From NCBI GenBank assembly GCA_903844815.1, contig CAIMVD010000267.1, forward strand, positions 19,118-83,117: a DNA stretch of 64,000 nucleotides, in the 5' to 3' direction. The notes under the pieces were generated by a model. It ran no database searches, had not been told where the DNA came from, and was given only the letters and a program-made list of their open reading frames with translations. Position 1 is the stretch's first letter; every line of letters begins with the position of its first letter. The DNA comes from an uncultured Bacteroidota bacterium. Its GTDB lineage: Bacteria > Bacteroidota > Bacteroidia > Bacteroidales > VadinHA17. Shown piece by piece: positions 46,548 through 55,572 of this stretch. The translations under genes and the position numbers were made by a program.

Positions 46548-47954
46548 ATGACAACATCTCATTCGGGCTCCACCCGCTACCGGGAAAGAGTGGATTCAGT
46601 ATCTAAGGATATTCTGCGCAACGTAAGGTTCAACCAGGGATTTATCCTATGGATGGGCTTTCTTACTGCAGTGCTGGCTGTTTGCCTCTTTGCCTACACA
46701 ATCCAGCTTCGAAAAGGGCTGGGAGTAACCGGTCTCCGCGATATAACAAGCTGGGGAATGTACATTGCAAACTTTGTGTTTTTTGTAGCTACAAGCCTTG
46801 TTGGAATGCTGATAAGTTCTGTGCTTGGACTGATTGGCTTTAAATGGGTAAAGCCCATTGCAAGAATCGCGGAAATTATTGCAGTGGCCTTCGCTTCCAT
46901 CGCAGGACTTATAATAATCTCCGACATGGGACGCCCCGACAGGCTTCCAAATGTTTTTATCTACGGCAGGGTTCAGTCACCCATCCTTTGGGACGTCACA
47001 GTTGTTACAACCTATTTTCTTGTAAGCCTTATGTTGTGGTTCATTCCAATGATCCCCGATCTGGCAATAGCTAAGACAAGATTAAATGGCAGACCTGCCT
47101 TCCTTGTTAAAGCTTATGAATTGCTGTCAATCAACTGGGTTGGCCATAAAAAACAGGTAAAAACCCTTAATGAGGCAGGCAGGATATTATTAATACTTAT
47201 TGTTCCGCTTGCTTTTGCAATCCATACCGTAACCTCCTGGCTATTCGCAGTTACCCCAAGGGCGGGATGGGACAGTTCTATTTTTGGACCCTACTTCATT
47301 TCAGGGGCTTTTGTATCGGGTACTTCAGCTGTTATTATTGCAATGTTTTTCTACAGGAAAAGCTATAAACTCGAAAAATACCTGACAGATTTTCATTTCG
47401 AAAAAATCGGAAGGGTTCTTGCACTTGTTTCAATAGTTTATATTTATTTTAATATCAACGAGTTTCTGGTCCCTGGATATAAGCTTAAGACTCTCGATGA
47501 AATACATCTTAAAGAGCTGCTGGCTGGCGAATATGCTCCGCTGTTCTGGGGTGTACAGCTTCTTGGCCTTCTGATTCCTGTCATACTGTTGCTTTTCAAA
47601 CAATTCAGGAAACCACTTCCAATGGTGGTTATCGCTTCCTTCGTTCTTGCCGCCTCATGGCTGAAGCGCTATATTATCGTAGTTCCGCCACAGGCACATC
47701 CTTTCCTTCCCGTACAGAATGTTCCTGTGGAGTGGATAGTTTACACGCCGACGCTGATAGAGATAGCGATATCGGTCGCGCCTCTTGTACTTGCTCTGAT
47801 GATAATTACAATTCTTTCAAAGCTTTTTCCCGTTTTACCTATACATGAACTTGCAGAGGAAGAAACACTGGCTGTTGACGGTCATGAAACTGATCTTGCC
47901 CATATTGACGAGACTGCGGTTTATAATGAAGAAAAAAAGGCAAATAACAACTAA
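46548..47954 (+). CDS. NrfD/PsrC/ActC-type integral membrane quinone-interacting subunit
   Basis: 468 aa with about 10 hydrophobic helices. It immediately follows the FeS subunit, as in NrfCD-type modules. Confidence 0.7.
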   Translation: MTTSHSGSTRYRERVDSVSKDILRNVRFNQGFILWMGFLTAVLAVCLFAYTIQLRKGLGVTGLRDITSWGMYIANFVFFVATSLVGMLISSVLGLIGFKWVKPIARIAEIIAVAFASIAGLIIISDMGRPDRLPNVFIYGRVQSPILWDVTVVTTYFLVSLMLWFIPMIPDLAIAKTRLNGRPAFLVKAYELLSINWVGHKKQVKTLNEAGRILLILIVPLAFAIHTVTSWLFAVTPRAGWDSSIFGPYFISGAFVSGTSAVIIAMFFYRKSYKLEKYLTDFHFEKIGRVLALVSIVYIYFNINEFLVPGYKLKTLDEIHLKELLAGEYAPLFWGVQLLGLLIPVILLLFKQFRKPLPMVVIASFVLAASWLKRYIIVVPPQAHPFLPVQNVPVEWIVYTPTLIEIAISVAPLVLALMIITILSKLFPVLPIHELAEEETLAVDGHETDLAHIDETAVYNEEKKANNN

Positions 47955-47964
47955 TCATTTATAT

Positions 47965-48894
47965 ATGAGGAGTATATTACTGGGTATTGTCACTTTTTTG
48001 GTTATTGTGCCTGATCTGGCAGGACAGGAATGGATAGTGCCTGATGACAAAAAAGGAAAGCTGAGCACTTTCCAGTTTGATGAAAACACTAAGAAGTCGG
48101 GCGAAAAGATCTATTCGGTAAACTGTATTTCATGCCATGGTACACCGGGTAAGGGAAATTTTCTTAAACTTGTTCCCCCTCCGGGCGATCCTGCAACTGA
48201 TAAGATTCAGCTTAACAGAGATGGTGAATTATTCTACAAGGTTATAAATGGACGAGGTCAGATGCCATCCTTCAAAAACGCACTATCATCCGACGAAATA
48301 TGGCATGTAATCTCCTTTGTTCGCAGCTTCAATTCCAGCTACAAACAGCTGATTATGCCGGTTATTACATCTTCTGCATATCCGGGAGCTGTTATTAAAA
48401 TGATGCTTTCGTATAATTCGTCTGACAGCACAATAGTCCTGGAGGCGGACGCAGTTAAGCAAAACAGCAGCGTTGCGGTTACCGGAGCGGAAGTCAAATT
48501 ATTGGTTCACAGAACATTCGGTCACCTGCAGATAGATGATATCAAAACAACGGATATTAACGGAAAGGTCGCTTTTAAAGTCCCTGCCAATCTTCCCGGT
48601 GACACCCTGGGAAATATTCAGGTGAGTGCAAGATTTATAAATGAAGATACTTTCGGATCGGTAAGCAAGGATACCATCCTTACCGCTGCATTAATTACCT
48701 TACCTGTCAGCCTTGTTGCCGAAAGGGCAATGTGGAACAATGTGAGAAAAGCTCCGGTCTGGGTCATTTTAACCTATTCATTAGGATTACTTACAGCTTT
48801 AGGATTCATTGGATTGGTTCTTATGAAAATACGTGATATTTTCATTATCGGTGAGTCCGTTTTAAAAGACAGTGAAAAAATTAATATTACCTAA
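47965..48894 (+). CDS. membrane-anchored monohaem cytochrome c with extra beta-rich domain
   Basis: Start at ATG 47965 (MRSILLGIVTFLVIV signal). Haem motif CISCHG with downstream GRGQMPSF. About 150 aa of beta-rich sequence, then a C-terminal TM VWVILTYSLGLLTALGFIGLVLM. The ORF track's 47845 start overlaps the NrfD gene. Confidence 0.7.
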   Translation: MRSILLGIVTFLVIVPDLAGQEWIVPDDKKGKLSTFQFDENTKKSGEKIYSVNCISCHGTPGKGNFLKLVPPPGDPATDKIQLNRDGELFYKVINGRGQMPSFKNALSSDEIWHVISFVRSFNSSYKQLIMPVITSSAYPGAVIKMMLSYNSSDSTIVLEADAVKQNSSVAVTGAEVKLLVHRTFGHLQIDDIKTTDINGKVAFKVPANLPGDTLGNIQVSARFINEDTFGSVSKDTILTAALITLPVSLVAERAMWNNVRKAPVWVILTYSLGLLTALGFIGLVLMKIRDIFIIGESVLKDSEKINIT

Positions 48895-48904
48895 AGAGTA
48901 AGAA

Positions 48905-49291
48905 ATGAAACAAATGACAACAATCGGAAGAATTCTCTTCGCAATACCTTTCGCGGTTTTTGGAATTAACCATTTCATAATGCTCGATTACTATACAGGG
49001 ATGCTGACTTCCTTCATTCCCCTTGGCGCATACACAATAATCCTCACCGGGATTATGCTCATCGTTGCCAGTATCAGTATTATATCCAAAAAGTTCGTCA
49101 GAATATCTACTCTATTACTGGCTGCATTATTGTTACTGTTCATTTTAACGATTCATATACCACACCTTCTTCATGGAACAGACGGCCCGGCCACCATCAT
49201 TGCTCTTCTGAAGGATATTTCGCTAATGGGGGGATCATTAATGATTGCAGGGATTTATTCGGATGAAGAAAAAACGTCGGCTAAAAAATAA
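48905..49291 (+). CDS. DoxX-family small membrane protein
   Basis: 128 aa with four TM helices. The IGRILFAIPFAVFGINHF N-terminus is typical of DoxX-like proteins. Confidence 0.55.
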   Translation: MKQMTTIGRILFAIPFAVFGINHFIMLDYYTGMLTSFIPLGAYTIILTGIMLIVASISIISKKFVRISTLLLAALLLLFILTIHIPHLLHGTDGPATIIALLKDISLMGGSLMIAGIYSDEEKTSAKK

Positions 49292-49295
49292 ACTT

Positions 49296-50072
49296 ATGAA
49301 AAGAATTACATCACTTTTTTTCCTGTTAGCCATTATCACAGGCCTCAAGGCCCAGGATATGGTGCAAACAAATCTTATTAAAAATGACATTGAAATAGGA
49401 ATTATTGAAAAGCTCGGGGATACAATTCCCATGAACCTTAAATTTCTTAATGAAGCAAGCGACACTGTAACCCTTGGGTCCCTTATCGACAAGCCTACCA
49501 TCCTGTTTTTCGTATACTTCGATTGCCCCAATATCTGCAGTCCCCTTATGGATGGAGTGGGTGATGTTGTTAGCAAGGTCGACATGCAACTGGGAAAGGA
49601 TTATCAGGTAATAACCATAAGCTTCAACACTAAAGACACTCCGGAAAAAGCAATTGAAAAAAAGAAGAATTTTGTCCAGAAGATTAGCAAGGAGAATCAG
49701 AAATACTGGATATATTTAACAGGTGACCAGGAGAATATAAATGCCATTACAGAGGCCGTTGGTTACAGATACAAGGCGCAGGGCCTCGATTTTGCTCATG
49801 CTTCCTGTATTATTGCATTAAGTCCGCAGGGAAAAATCACAAGATACCTTTATGGTCTCTCCTTTCTCCCCTTCGATTTGAAAATGGCGCTTGTAGAAGC
49901 ACAGAAAGGTATTGCAAGGCCTACTATAAACAGACTTCTGGAATACTGTTTTGCCTATAACCCGGGGAGCAGAACATACACTATTCAGATAACCAGAATT
50001 ATTGGTGCAATAACTCTCCTTATTGTCGCTGTAGTTTTTGGAGTACTGCTTTCCAGGAAAAGAAAAAAATGA
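49296..50072 (+). CDS. SCO1/SenC family copper chaperone / thiol-disulfide protein
   Basis: Start at ATG 49296 (MKRITSLFFLLAI). Thioredoxin fold with FVYFDCPNICSPL (CxxxC), a downstream His (DFAHAS), and a C-terminal TM. Confidence 0.8.
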   Translation: MKRITSLFFLLAIITGLKAQDMVQTNLIKNDIEIGIIEKLGDTIPMNLKFLNEASDTVTLGSLIDKPTILFFVYFDCPNICSPLMDGVGDVVSKVDMQLGKDYQVITISFNTKDTPEKAIEKKKNFVQKISKENQKYWIYLTGDQENINAITEAVGYRYKAQGLDFAHASCIIALSPQGKITRYLYGLSFLPFDLKMALVEAQKGIARPTINRLLEYCFAYNPGSRTYTIQITRIIGAITLLIVAVVFGVLLSRKRKK

Positions 50073-50085
50073 TAAACTAAAAAAT

Positions 50086-51711
50086 ATGAGTAATTCTGAA
50101 ACCGGAACACATGTCAGCTATCTTGAGCATGAAGGCAAATATAAGGGGCTTCTTGGATGGCTTCTGACAACAGACCATAAGAAGATTGGGTTGTTGTACC
50201 TTTACTGCATTATTGTATTCTTCTTTGTTGCAGCCATTCTCGGAATATTAATGAGAGTTGAACTTATTGCTCCCGGGCAGACTATTATGGGGGCACAGAC
50301 ATATAACGGGATGTTTACAATTCACGGCATCATAATGATTTTTGTTATTGTGATACCCGCCCTTCCCGCAATCTTTGGCAATTTTTTCCTGCCTATAATG
50401 ATTGGGGCAAAGGATGTTGCTTTTCCTAAATTGAATCTTTTCTCTTTTTATCTGTTCCTGATCGGAGCCATATTCGGTGTCCTTTCTCAGTTTATCGGTG
50501 GCGGTGCCCCAGATACAGGATGGACATTCTATGTTCCTTACAGTTCTCAGTCGTCGACAAATGTTATCTATGCCCTGATTGCAGCATTCATTCTTGGCTT
50601 TTCATCGATCCTCACAGGTTTGAATTTTATAGTAACAATGCACCGTATGAGAGCTCCGGGTATGGGATGGTTCAGGATGCCGCTCTTTCCCTGGTCACTG
50701 TACGCAACAGCCTGGATTCAGGTTCTGGCCACGCCTATTGTTGGGATAACCCTACTCATGGTTATTGCAGAGCGGGTTCTTAAGATAGGATTTTTCGATC
50801 CTGCCCTTGGCGGAGATCCGGTTTTATTCCAGCATCTTTTCTGGATCTACTCTCATCCCGCGGTTTATATTATGATTCTTCCGGGCATGGGTATTGTAAC
50901 CGAGATCTTCCCAACTTTTAGTCAGAAGCCTATATTCGGTTATACAGCAATTTTGTTTTCAAGCCTCGCCATTGCCTTTGTAGGGTATTTTGTCTGGGGT
51001 CATCATATGTATACAGCTGGGATCAGTACAGGTTCGAGGTGGTTCTTCTCATTCCTGACCTTCCTTGTTGCTGTTCCCAGTGCAATAAAGGTCTTTAACT
51101 GGGTATCAACCTTGTACGGAGGCTCAATTGAGATGCGACCTCCGCTTTTATACGCAATTTCCTTTATCTTCCTTTTCATGATCGGTGGATTTACAGGGCT
51201 TACACTTGGGTCTGTTGCTACAGACATCCAGGTACATGACACTGCATTTGTTGTTGCTCATTTCCATTATATAATTTTCGGAGGAATGGGGTTTGCATTT
51301 TTTGCAGGAATGCATTACTGGTTCCCGAAAATATTCGGAAGAATGTACAATGACAAGCTTGCTTACATAGGATGGGGATTTCTGTTCACCGGATTTAACG
51401 TTTTGTACTTCCCACAGTTCATAATCGGCTTACAGGGTATGCCCAGGAGATATTTTGACTATCTCCCGCAGTTTCAAACCGGTCAGGTGATTTCCACAAT
51501 CGGAGGCTTTATCCTGTTTACTGGCCTTATCATTATGGTAGGCAACCTTGTTTACCATGCAAAAAGGGGAGCAATTGCTCCGGCCAATCCATGGAAGGGA
51601 GTTACTCTGGAGTGGCAGATACCCTCTCCTCCATCTCATGAAAACTTTGATGAAATCCCGGAAATTAACCATGCTCCTTATTTTTTCGGAAACACCTCTG
51701 AAAATAAATAG
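50086..51711 (+). CDS. ctaD: cytochrome c oxidase subunit I (A-type haem-copper oxidase)
   Basis: Start at ATG 50086 (MSNSETG). WLLTTDHKKIG, FWIYSHPAVYIMILPGMG, WGHHMY and VAHFHYI motifs. Confidence 0.95.
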   Translation: MSNSETGTHVSYLEHEGKYKGLLGWLLTTDHKKIGLLYLYCIIVFFFVAAILGILMRVELIAPGQTIMGAQTYNGMFTIHGIIMIFVIVIPALPAIFGNFFLPIMIGAKDVAFPKLNLFSFYLFLIGAIFGVLSQFIGGGAPDTGWTFYVPYSSQSSTNVIYALIAAFILGFSSILTGLNFIVTMHRMRAPGMGWFRMPLFPWSLYATAWIQVLATPIVGITLLMVIAERVLKIGFFDPALGGDPVLFQHLFWIYSHPAVYIMILPGMGIVTEIFPTFSQKPIFGYTAILFSSLAIAFVGYFVWGHHMYTAGISTGSRWFFSFLTFLVAVPSAIKVFNWVSTLYGGSIEMRPPLLYAISFIFLFMIGGFTGLTLGSVATDIQVHDTAFVVAHFHYIIFGGMGFAFFAGMHYWFPKIFGRMYNDKLAYIGWGFLFTGFNVLYFPQFIIGLQGMPRRYFDYLPQFQTGQVISTIGGFILFTGLIIMVGNLVYHAKRGAIAPANPWKGVTLEWQIPSPPSHENFDEIPEINHAPYFFGNTSENK

Positions 51712-51721
51712 ATTATAGCTT

Positions 51722-52336
51722 ATGTCAACACACTCAATTCATAGTGAACAGATTGAAAGCGAAACCGGGAAACTCGGAATGTGGATATTTCTCCTAACTG
51801 AGCTTTTTCTGTTCGGAGGCCTTTTCCTTGTTTATGCTGTTTTCAGGGCTCAGTATTCTGAAGCGTTTCATGCCGGGGCAGAGGAACTGAACGCCTTTAT
51901 CGGAACTCTTAACACCGTATTTCTCCTGGTAAGCAGTATGACCGTCGCCATGGCTATTACGGCTATTCAGAAGGATAAGAAGAACCTTGCAATATTCCTG
52001 ATTCTGGTTACCCTTATCCTTGCTGGCTTATTCATGATGAACAAATACTTTGAATGGTCGCATAAATTTGAATTTAAATTATATCCGGGCTCGGAAGTCC
52101 TGAAAAATCTGCCACGCGGAGAGCTCCTGTTTTTCGGATTGTATTTCATGATGACAGGATTGCATGCTATTCATGTTCTCATTGGAATGACACTTCTTGC
52201 CATCAATATCTTTAAAATAAAGAATGGTGAGGTTAGCAGCAAACATTACCTGCATCTTGAGAACACCGGCCTCTACTGGCACCTTGTCGACCTGATATGG
52301 ATTTTCCTCTTTCCCCTTTTATATCTGATAACCTGA
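51722..52336 (+). CDS. ctaE: cytochrome c oxidase subunit III
   Basis: 204 aa with five TM helices. GMWIFLLTELFLFGGLF and YWHLVDLIWIFLFPLLYL. Confidence 0.85.
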   Translation: MSTHSIHSEQIESETGKLGMWIFLLTELFLFGGLFLVYAVFRAQYSEAFHAGAEELNAFIGTLNTVFLLVSSMTVAMAITAIQKDKKNLAIFLILVTLILAGLFMMNKYFEWSHKFEFKLYPGSEVLKNLPRGELLFFGLYFMMTGLHAIHVLIGMTLLAINIFKIKNGEVSSKHYLHLENTGLYWHLVDLIWIFLFPLLYLIT

Positions 52337-52351
52337 TTAGACCTGAATTAT

Positions 52352-52636
52352 ATGAAAAATGGAGATACACATATATCGAGTTTTACTTCACATGCAATTG
52401 TTTTAATTGTATTGCTGGCACTCACATTTCTCTCAGTATCAGTAACCGGTTATCAACTCGGAGCATTTTCGGTTACAATTGCACTTGCTATTGCAAGTGT
52501 TAAGGTAGCTACAGTCATTTTAAACTTCATGCATGTAAAACATGAAAGCCTTTTTATAAAACTGATGATATCCGGCGTATTTATTCTTTATGCCCTGGTT
52601 ATTATCATAACTTTTATTGATTATCAATTAAGATAA
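52352..52636 (+). CDS. cytochrome c oxidase subunit IV (caa3 CoxIV-like small membrane subunit)
   Basis: 94 aa with three TM helices, positioned after subunit III. FMHVKHE motif. Confidence 0.6.
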   Translation: MKNGDTHISSFTSHAIVLIVLLALTFLSVSVTGYQLGAFSVTIALAIASVKVATVILNFMHVKHESLFIKLMISGVFILYALVIIITFIDYQLR

Positions 52637-52643
52637 AATAACT

Positions 52644-53570
52644 ATGTTTTCAGGAGCATCAAATCTGGCGGAAGGGGTAGACAAGGCTTTCCTTTTTATT
52701 TTTACAATCGCAGCTATTTTCATAATCGGGATCACCGCATTCATGATCTGGACAGTGATCCATTTTTCGAGAAAAAAGGGGAAGGCTCCGATGCAATTCA
52801 CCGGGAACGTTATTGCTGAGATTATATGGACAGGAGTTCCGCTTGTCATTGTTATGGTGATGTTTTACTTCGGATGGCACGGATTTGCACCCATGCGGAA
52901 TGTTCCCGCCGACGCCATGAAGATAACTGCGATAGGCAGGATGTGGCAGTGGGAATTCGACTATGGAAATGGCATGAAATCGAAAGATCTGGTTCTTCCG
53001 GTCAACAAAGCTGTAAGGCTTGACCTTAAATCGGAGGATGTCAACCATAGCCTTTTCATTCCGGCCTTCAGGGTAAAGGAAGATGTCATTCCGGGTTATT
53101 CCAACTATATGTGGTTTATTCCCACTATTGTCGGCGACTATGAGATTCTTTGTACAGAGTATTGCGGTTTACTTCACTCTTCCATGCTGGCAAAGGCCCG
53201 CATTAAAGAGCAGGCAGATTATGACAAATGGTTTGCCGATTTCAAGTCAGAAGCTGTCAAACCCGAGCCTGACGGTTATCTTCTTATCCGCAATACCGGA
53301 TGTATTGCCTGCCACTCAATTGATGGAACAAAACTTGTAGGCCCATCTTTTACCGGGCTTTATGGAAGCTCAAGAGTTGTAGTAAAAAATGGCAGCGAAG
53401 TAACCGTGATTGCTGATGAGAATTATATAAAGAATTCAATATTAAATCCCGATTTGGAAATTGTTACCGGATTCAATAAAGGATTAATGAAATCATATCA
53501 GGAGATACTCAAAGAGGCCGACATTAAAACAATAGCCGATTATCTGAAAACCCTTAATGAGGGAAAATAG
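52644..53570 (+). CDS. ctaC: cytochrome c oxidase subunit II with fused C-terminal cytochrome c domain (caa3 type)
   Basis: 308 aa. Two N-terminal TM helices. CuA ligands DVNHSLFIP ... CTEYCGLLHSSM. C-terminal haem motif CIACHS. Confidence 0.9.
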   Translation: MFSGASNLAEGVDKAFLFIFTIAAIFIIGITAFMIWTVIHFSRKKGKAPMQFTGNVIAEIIWTGVPLVIVMVMFYFGWHGFAPMRNVPADAMKITAIGRMWQWEFDYGNGMKSKDLVLPVNKAVRLDLKSEDVNHSLFIPAFRVKEDVIPGYSNYMWFIPTIVGDYEILCTEYCGLLHSSMLAKARIKEQADYDKWFADFKSEAVKPEPDGYLLIRNTGCIACHSIDGTKLVGPSFTGLYGSSRVVVKNGSEVTVIADENYIKNSILNPDLEIVTGFNKGLMKSYQEILKEADIKTIADYLKTLNEGK

Positions 53571-53571
53571 C

Positions 53572-54438
53572 ATGATTGAGACTATCAGGTCGTATGCCGA
53601 TCTGGCGAAGTATAAGCTTTCGGCAGCCGTAACATTCTCGGCTGTTACCGGCTATTTCCTGTCGGGATACCAACTTGACAAAACCATCTTTATAGTTGCT
53701 GCAGGGGTATTCCTTCTTTCTTCAGGTTCTGCATCCATGAACCAGTACACCGAAAGGGAGGCTGATTCTCTTATGAAGAGAACAAGCAAAAGACCCCTCC
53801 CCGCAATGAAGATTACCGGAAAGAATGCGCTTCTTGCATCACTTTTCTTTTTTATTGCAGGAAGCATCCTCCTGCTTATTAACGGTCTCATTCCTTTTCT
53901 ATTAGGAGTAATTAATGCCTTCATTTACAATGTTATTTATACAAGACTTAAAAGAATTACTCCTCTTTCAATAATACCTGGCGCTCTTGTTGGAGCCATA
54001 CCCCCGCTTATCGGATTTGCAGCGTCGGGGGCATCATTTCTTAATCCGGGCATCATTGGTTTTTCGCTTTTCATGTTCCTTTGGCAGCTTCCTCACTTTT
54101 GGCTTATAATAATCAAATATGGCGATGAGTATAAAGCCGCAGGCTTTGCAACAATAGCTAAATACCTGAATGACAGACAGATCAAAAGCCTTGTATTTTT
54201 TTGGGTTCTGTTTTCTACCTGTCTGATTTTTCTGTTCTTCATCATTTCGGAAATCCCGGGAAAAGTATTGCCCTTTTTGTTTCTGATACTTAATGTAGCC
54301 TTTATTCTATTATTTCACAGGCTTCTCTTTGCCAGGAAATATGAGGGACAGATAAAAGGGGCTTTTATTCTTATAAATTCATTCAGTCTTATTATAATGT
54401 TCTTATTTATTGTAGCTTCTCTTCTTAACTTTATTTGA
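53572..54438 (+). CDS. ctaB: protohaem IX farnesyltransferase (haem O synthase)
   Basis: UbiA-family polytopic protein. NQYTEREADSLMKRTSKRPLP motif. Start taken at ATG 53572. An alternative start at 53557 overlaps the coxII stop. Confidence 0.85.
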   Translation: MIETIRSYADLAKYKLSAAVTFSAVTGYFLSGYQLDKTIFIVAAGVFLLSSGSASMNQYTEREADSLMKRTSKRPLPAMKITGKNALLASLFFFIAGSILLLINGLIPFLLGVINAFIYNVIYTRLKRITPLSIIPGALVGAIPPLIGFAASGASFLNPGIIGFSLFMFLWQLPHFWLIIIKYGDEYKAAGFATIAKYLNDRQIKSLVFFWVLFSTCLIFLFFIISEIPGKVLPFLFLILNVAFILLFHRLLFARKYEGQIKGAFILINSFSLIIMFLFIVASLLNFI

Positions 54439-54521
54439 AACCTGTTAACCTACACATAAAATTTAACGGGATTTTGAAGTGAAAAATCAATTCGGACTTC
54501 ATATATTTGTGAAGACATACT

Positions 54522-54529
54522 TAAATTTG
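54522..54529 (+). promoter_or_regulatory. Bacteroidota -7 box (TAAATTTG); a second match TATATTTG lies at 54502..54509
   Basis: TAnnTTTG matches 28 and 48 nt upstream of ATG 54558. Confidence 0.4.
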
Positions 54530-54557
54530 CTTATCCACGTTCTTGAATAACAATAAA

Positions 54558-55382
54558 ATGACCATTCGCATGAAAAAACTCATATCCCTGTTTTTTATAA
54601 TTTTTCTTAGTGCCTTGGTTTTTACCACATGTAAAAAAGACAAAGGTGATCCTCCTGTTGCCCCTCTGCCGGAGTCTATGCTGATTGATTTCAGCAATTT
54701 TATCTCCCTGAAGAAATCAGCCGGGTTGTCGTCAGGTACTAAGGGAACGGCGAACAGTAACTATGATTATGCTTCAACTGTATCGGGTATGTGGAACTTA
54801 ATTACCCAAACAACTCTCCCTGTTCCGATTGCCTGCTATAAAGCAACCTATGAAAAGGCGCCCGTTTGGATTTCAGATAATACCTGGGAGTTTGATAATA
54901 GTGTAATTTTTGGAGCTATAACGTATAAGGCCAGGCTGGTTGGCCAGATTTCAGGGAAAAAGGTAATCTGGACGCTTTACGTTGCGCGGGAGGGAACGAG
55001 CAGTTTTCCCGAGTTTATCTGGGCTGAAGGAGAATCGGGTACTGACGGGACCAGCGGCCAATGGATTTTTTACCAGAGTTACTCAACGCAGGAATCACTC
55101 CTACAGGTTGACTGGACGAAAACAGGTACTGACATTGAAACTGTAAAGTACACCTATGTTAAAAACGACGGACTTAAAACAAGTTTTATCGACTACGGGC
55201 ATATTTCAGGAAACTTTAATTCTAACTACACTATCTATTATTTCAACGGAGTTAAATTCTCAAATGTCTTGATAGAATGGAATTCAACAACCAAAAACGG
55301 CAGGGTTCAGAGCCTTGAGTATCTTGGCGACAGCAACTGGTATTGCTGGGATTCAAATAAAATAAACGTTACTTGTCCCTAA
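54558..55382 (+). CDS. hypothetical lipoprotein
   Basis: Lipoprotein signal LSALVFTTCKKDK. Beta-rich, W/Y-rich body with no recognisable family. The start could be 54558 or 54570. Confidence 0.5.
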   Translation: MTIRMKKLISLFFIIFLSALVFTTCKKDKGDPPVAPLPESMLIDFSNFISLKKSAGLSSGTKGTANSNYDYASTVSGMWNLITQTTLPVPIACYKATYEKAPVWISDNTWEFDNSVIFGAITYKARLVGQISGKKVIWTLYVAREGTSSFPEFIWAEGESGTDGTSGQWIFYQSYSTQESLLQVDWTKTGTDIETVKYTYVKNDGLKTSFIDYGHISGNFNSNYTIYYFNGVKFSNVLIEWNSTTKNGRVQSLEYLGDSNWYCWDSNKINVTCP

Positions 55383-55430
55383 AATCATATAATCAGGGTT
55401 TGAATAAAAGGTAAATTCTTTAAATTTTTT

Positions 55431-55496
55431 CCTTTGTGCCCTTTTCATTAAACTTTGTGCCCTTTGTGTTTAAACATAAAAAATTAAACACAAAGG
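55431..55496. repeat. hairpin element with CTTTGTG sub-repeats
   Basis: CTTTGTG occurs at 55432, 55453 and 55462. Perfect 13-bp stem CCTTTGTGTTTAA (55461..55473) / TTAAACACAAAGG (55484..55496) with a 10-nt A-rich loop. Confidence 0.9.
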
Positions 55497-55572
55497 ACTC
55501 GAAGGTTACTTAAAGTGGGTGTTACAACTCACCATTTTTACTATTTTGCATTCCCAAAATAATCAGGCAAAC

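Noticed and set aside
47845-47964. A 40-codon upstream extension of the cytochrome c ORF that overlaps the NrfD-like gene.
   Set aside because: The extension has no signal-peptide character. The Met at 47965 opens a proper signal sequence 11 nt after the NrfD stop, matching the tight spacing of the rest of the operon.
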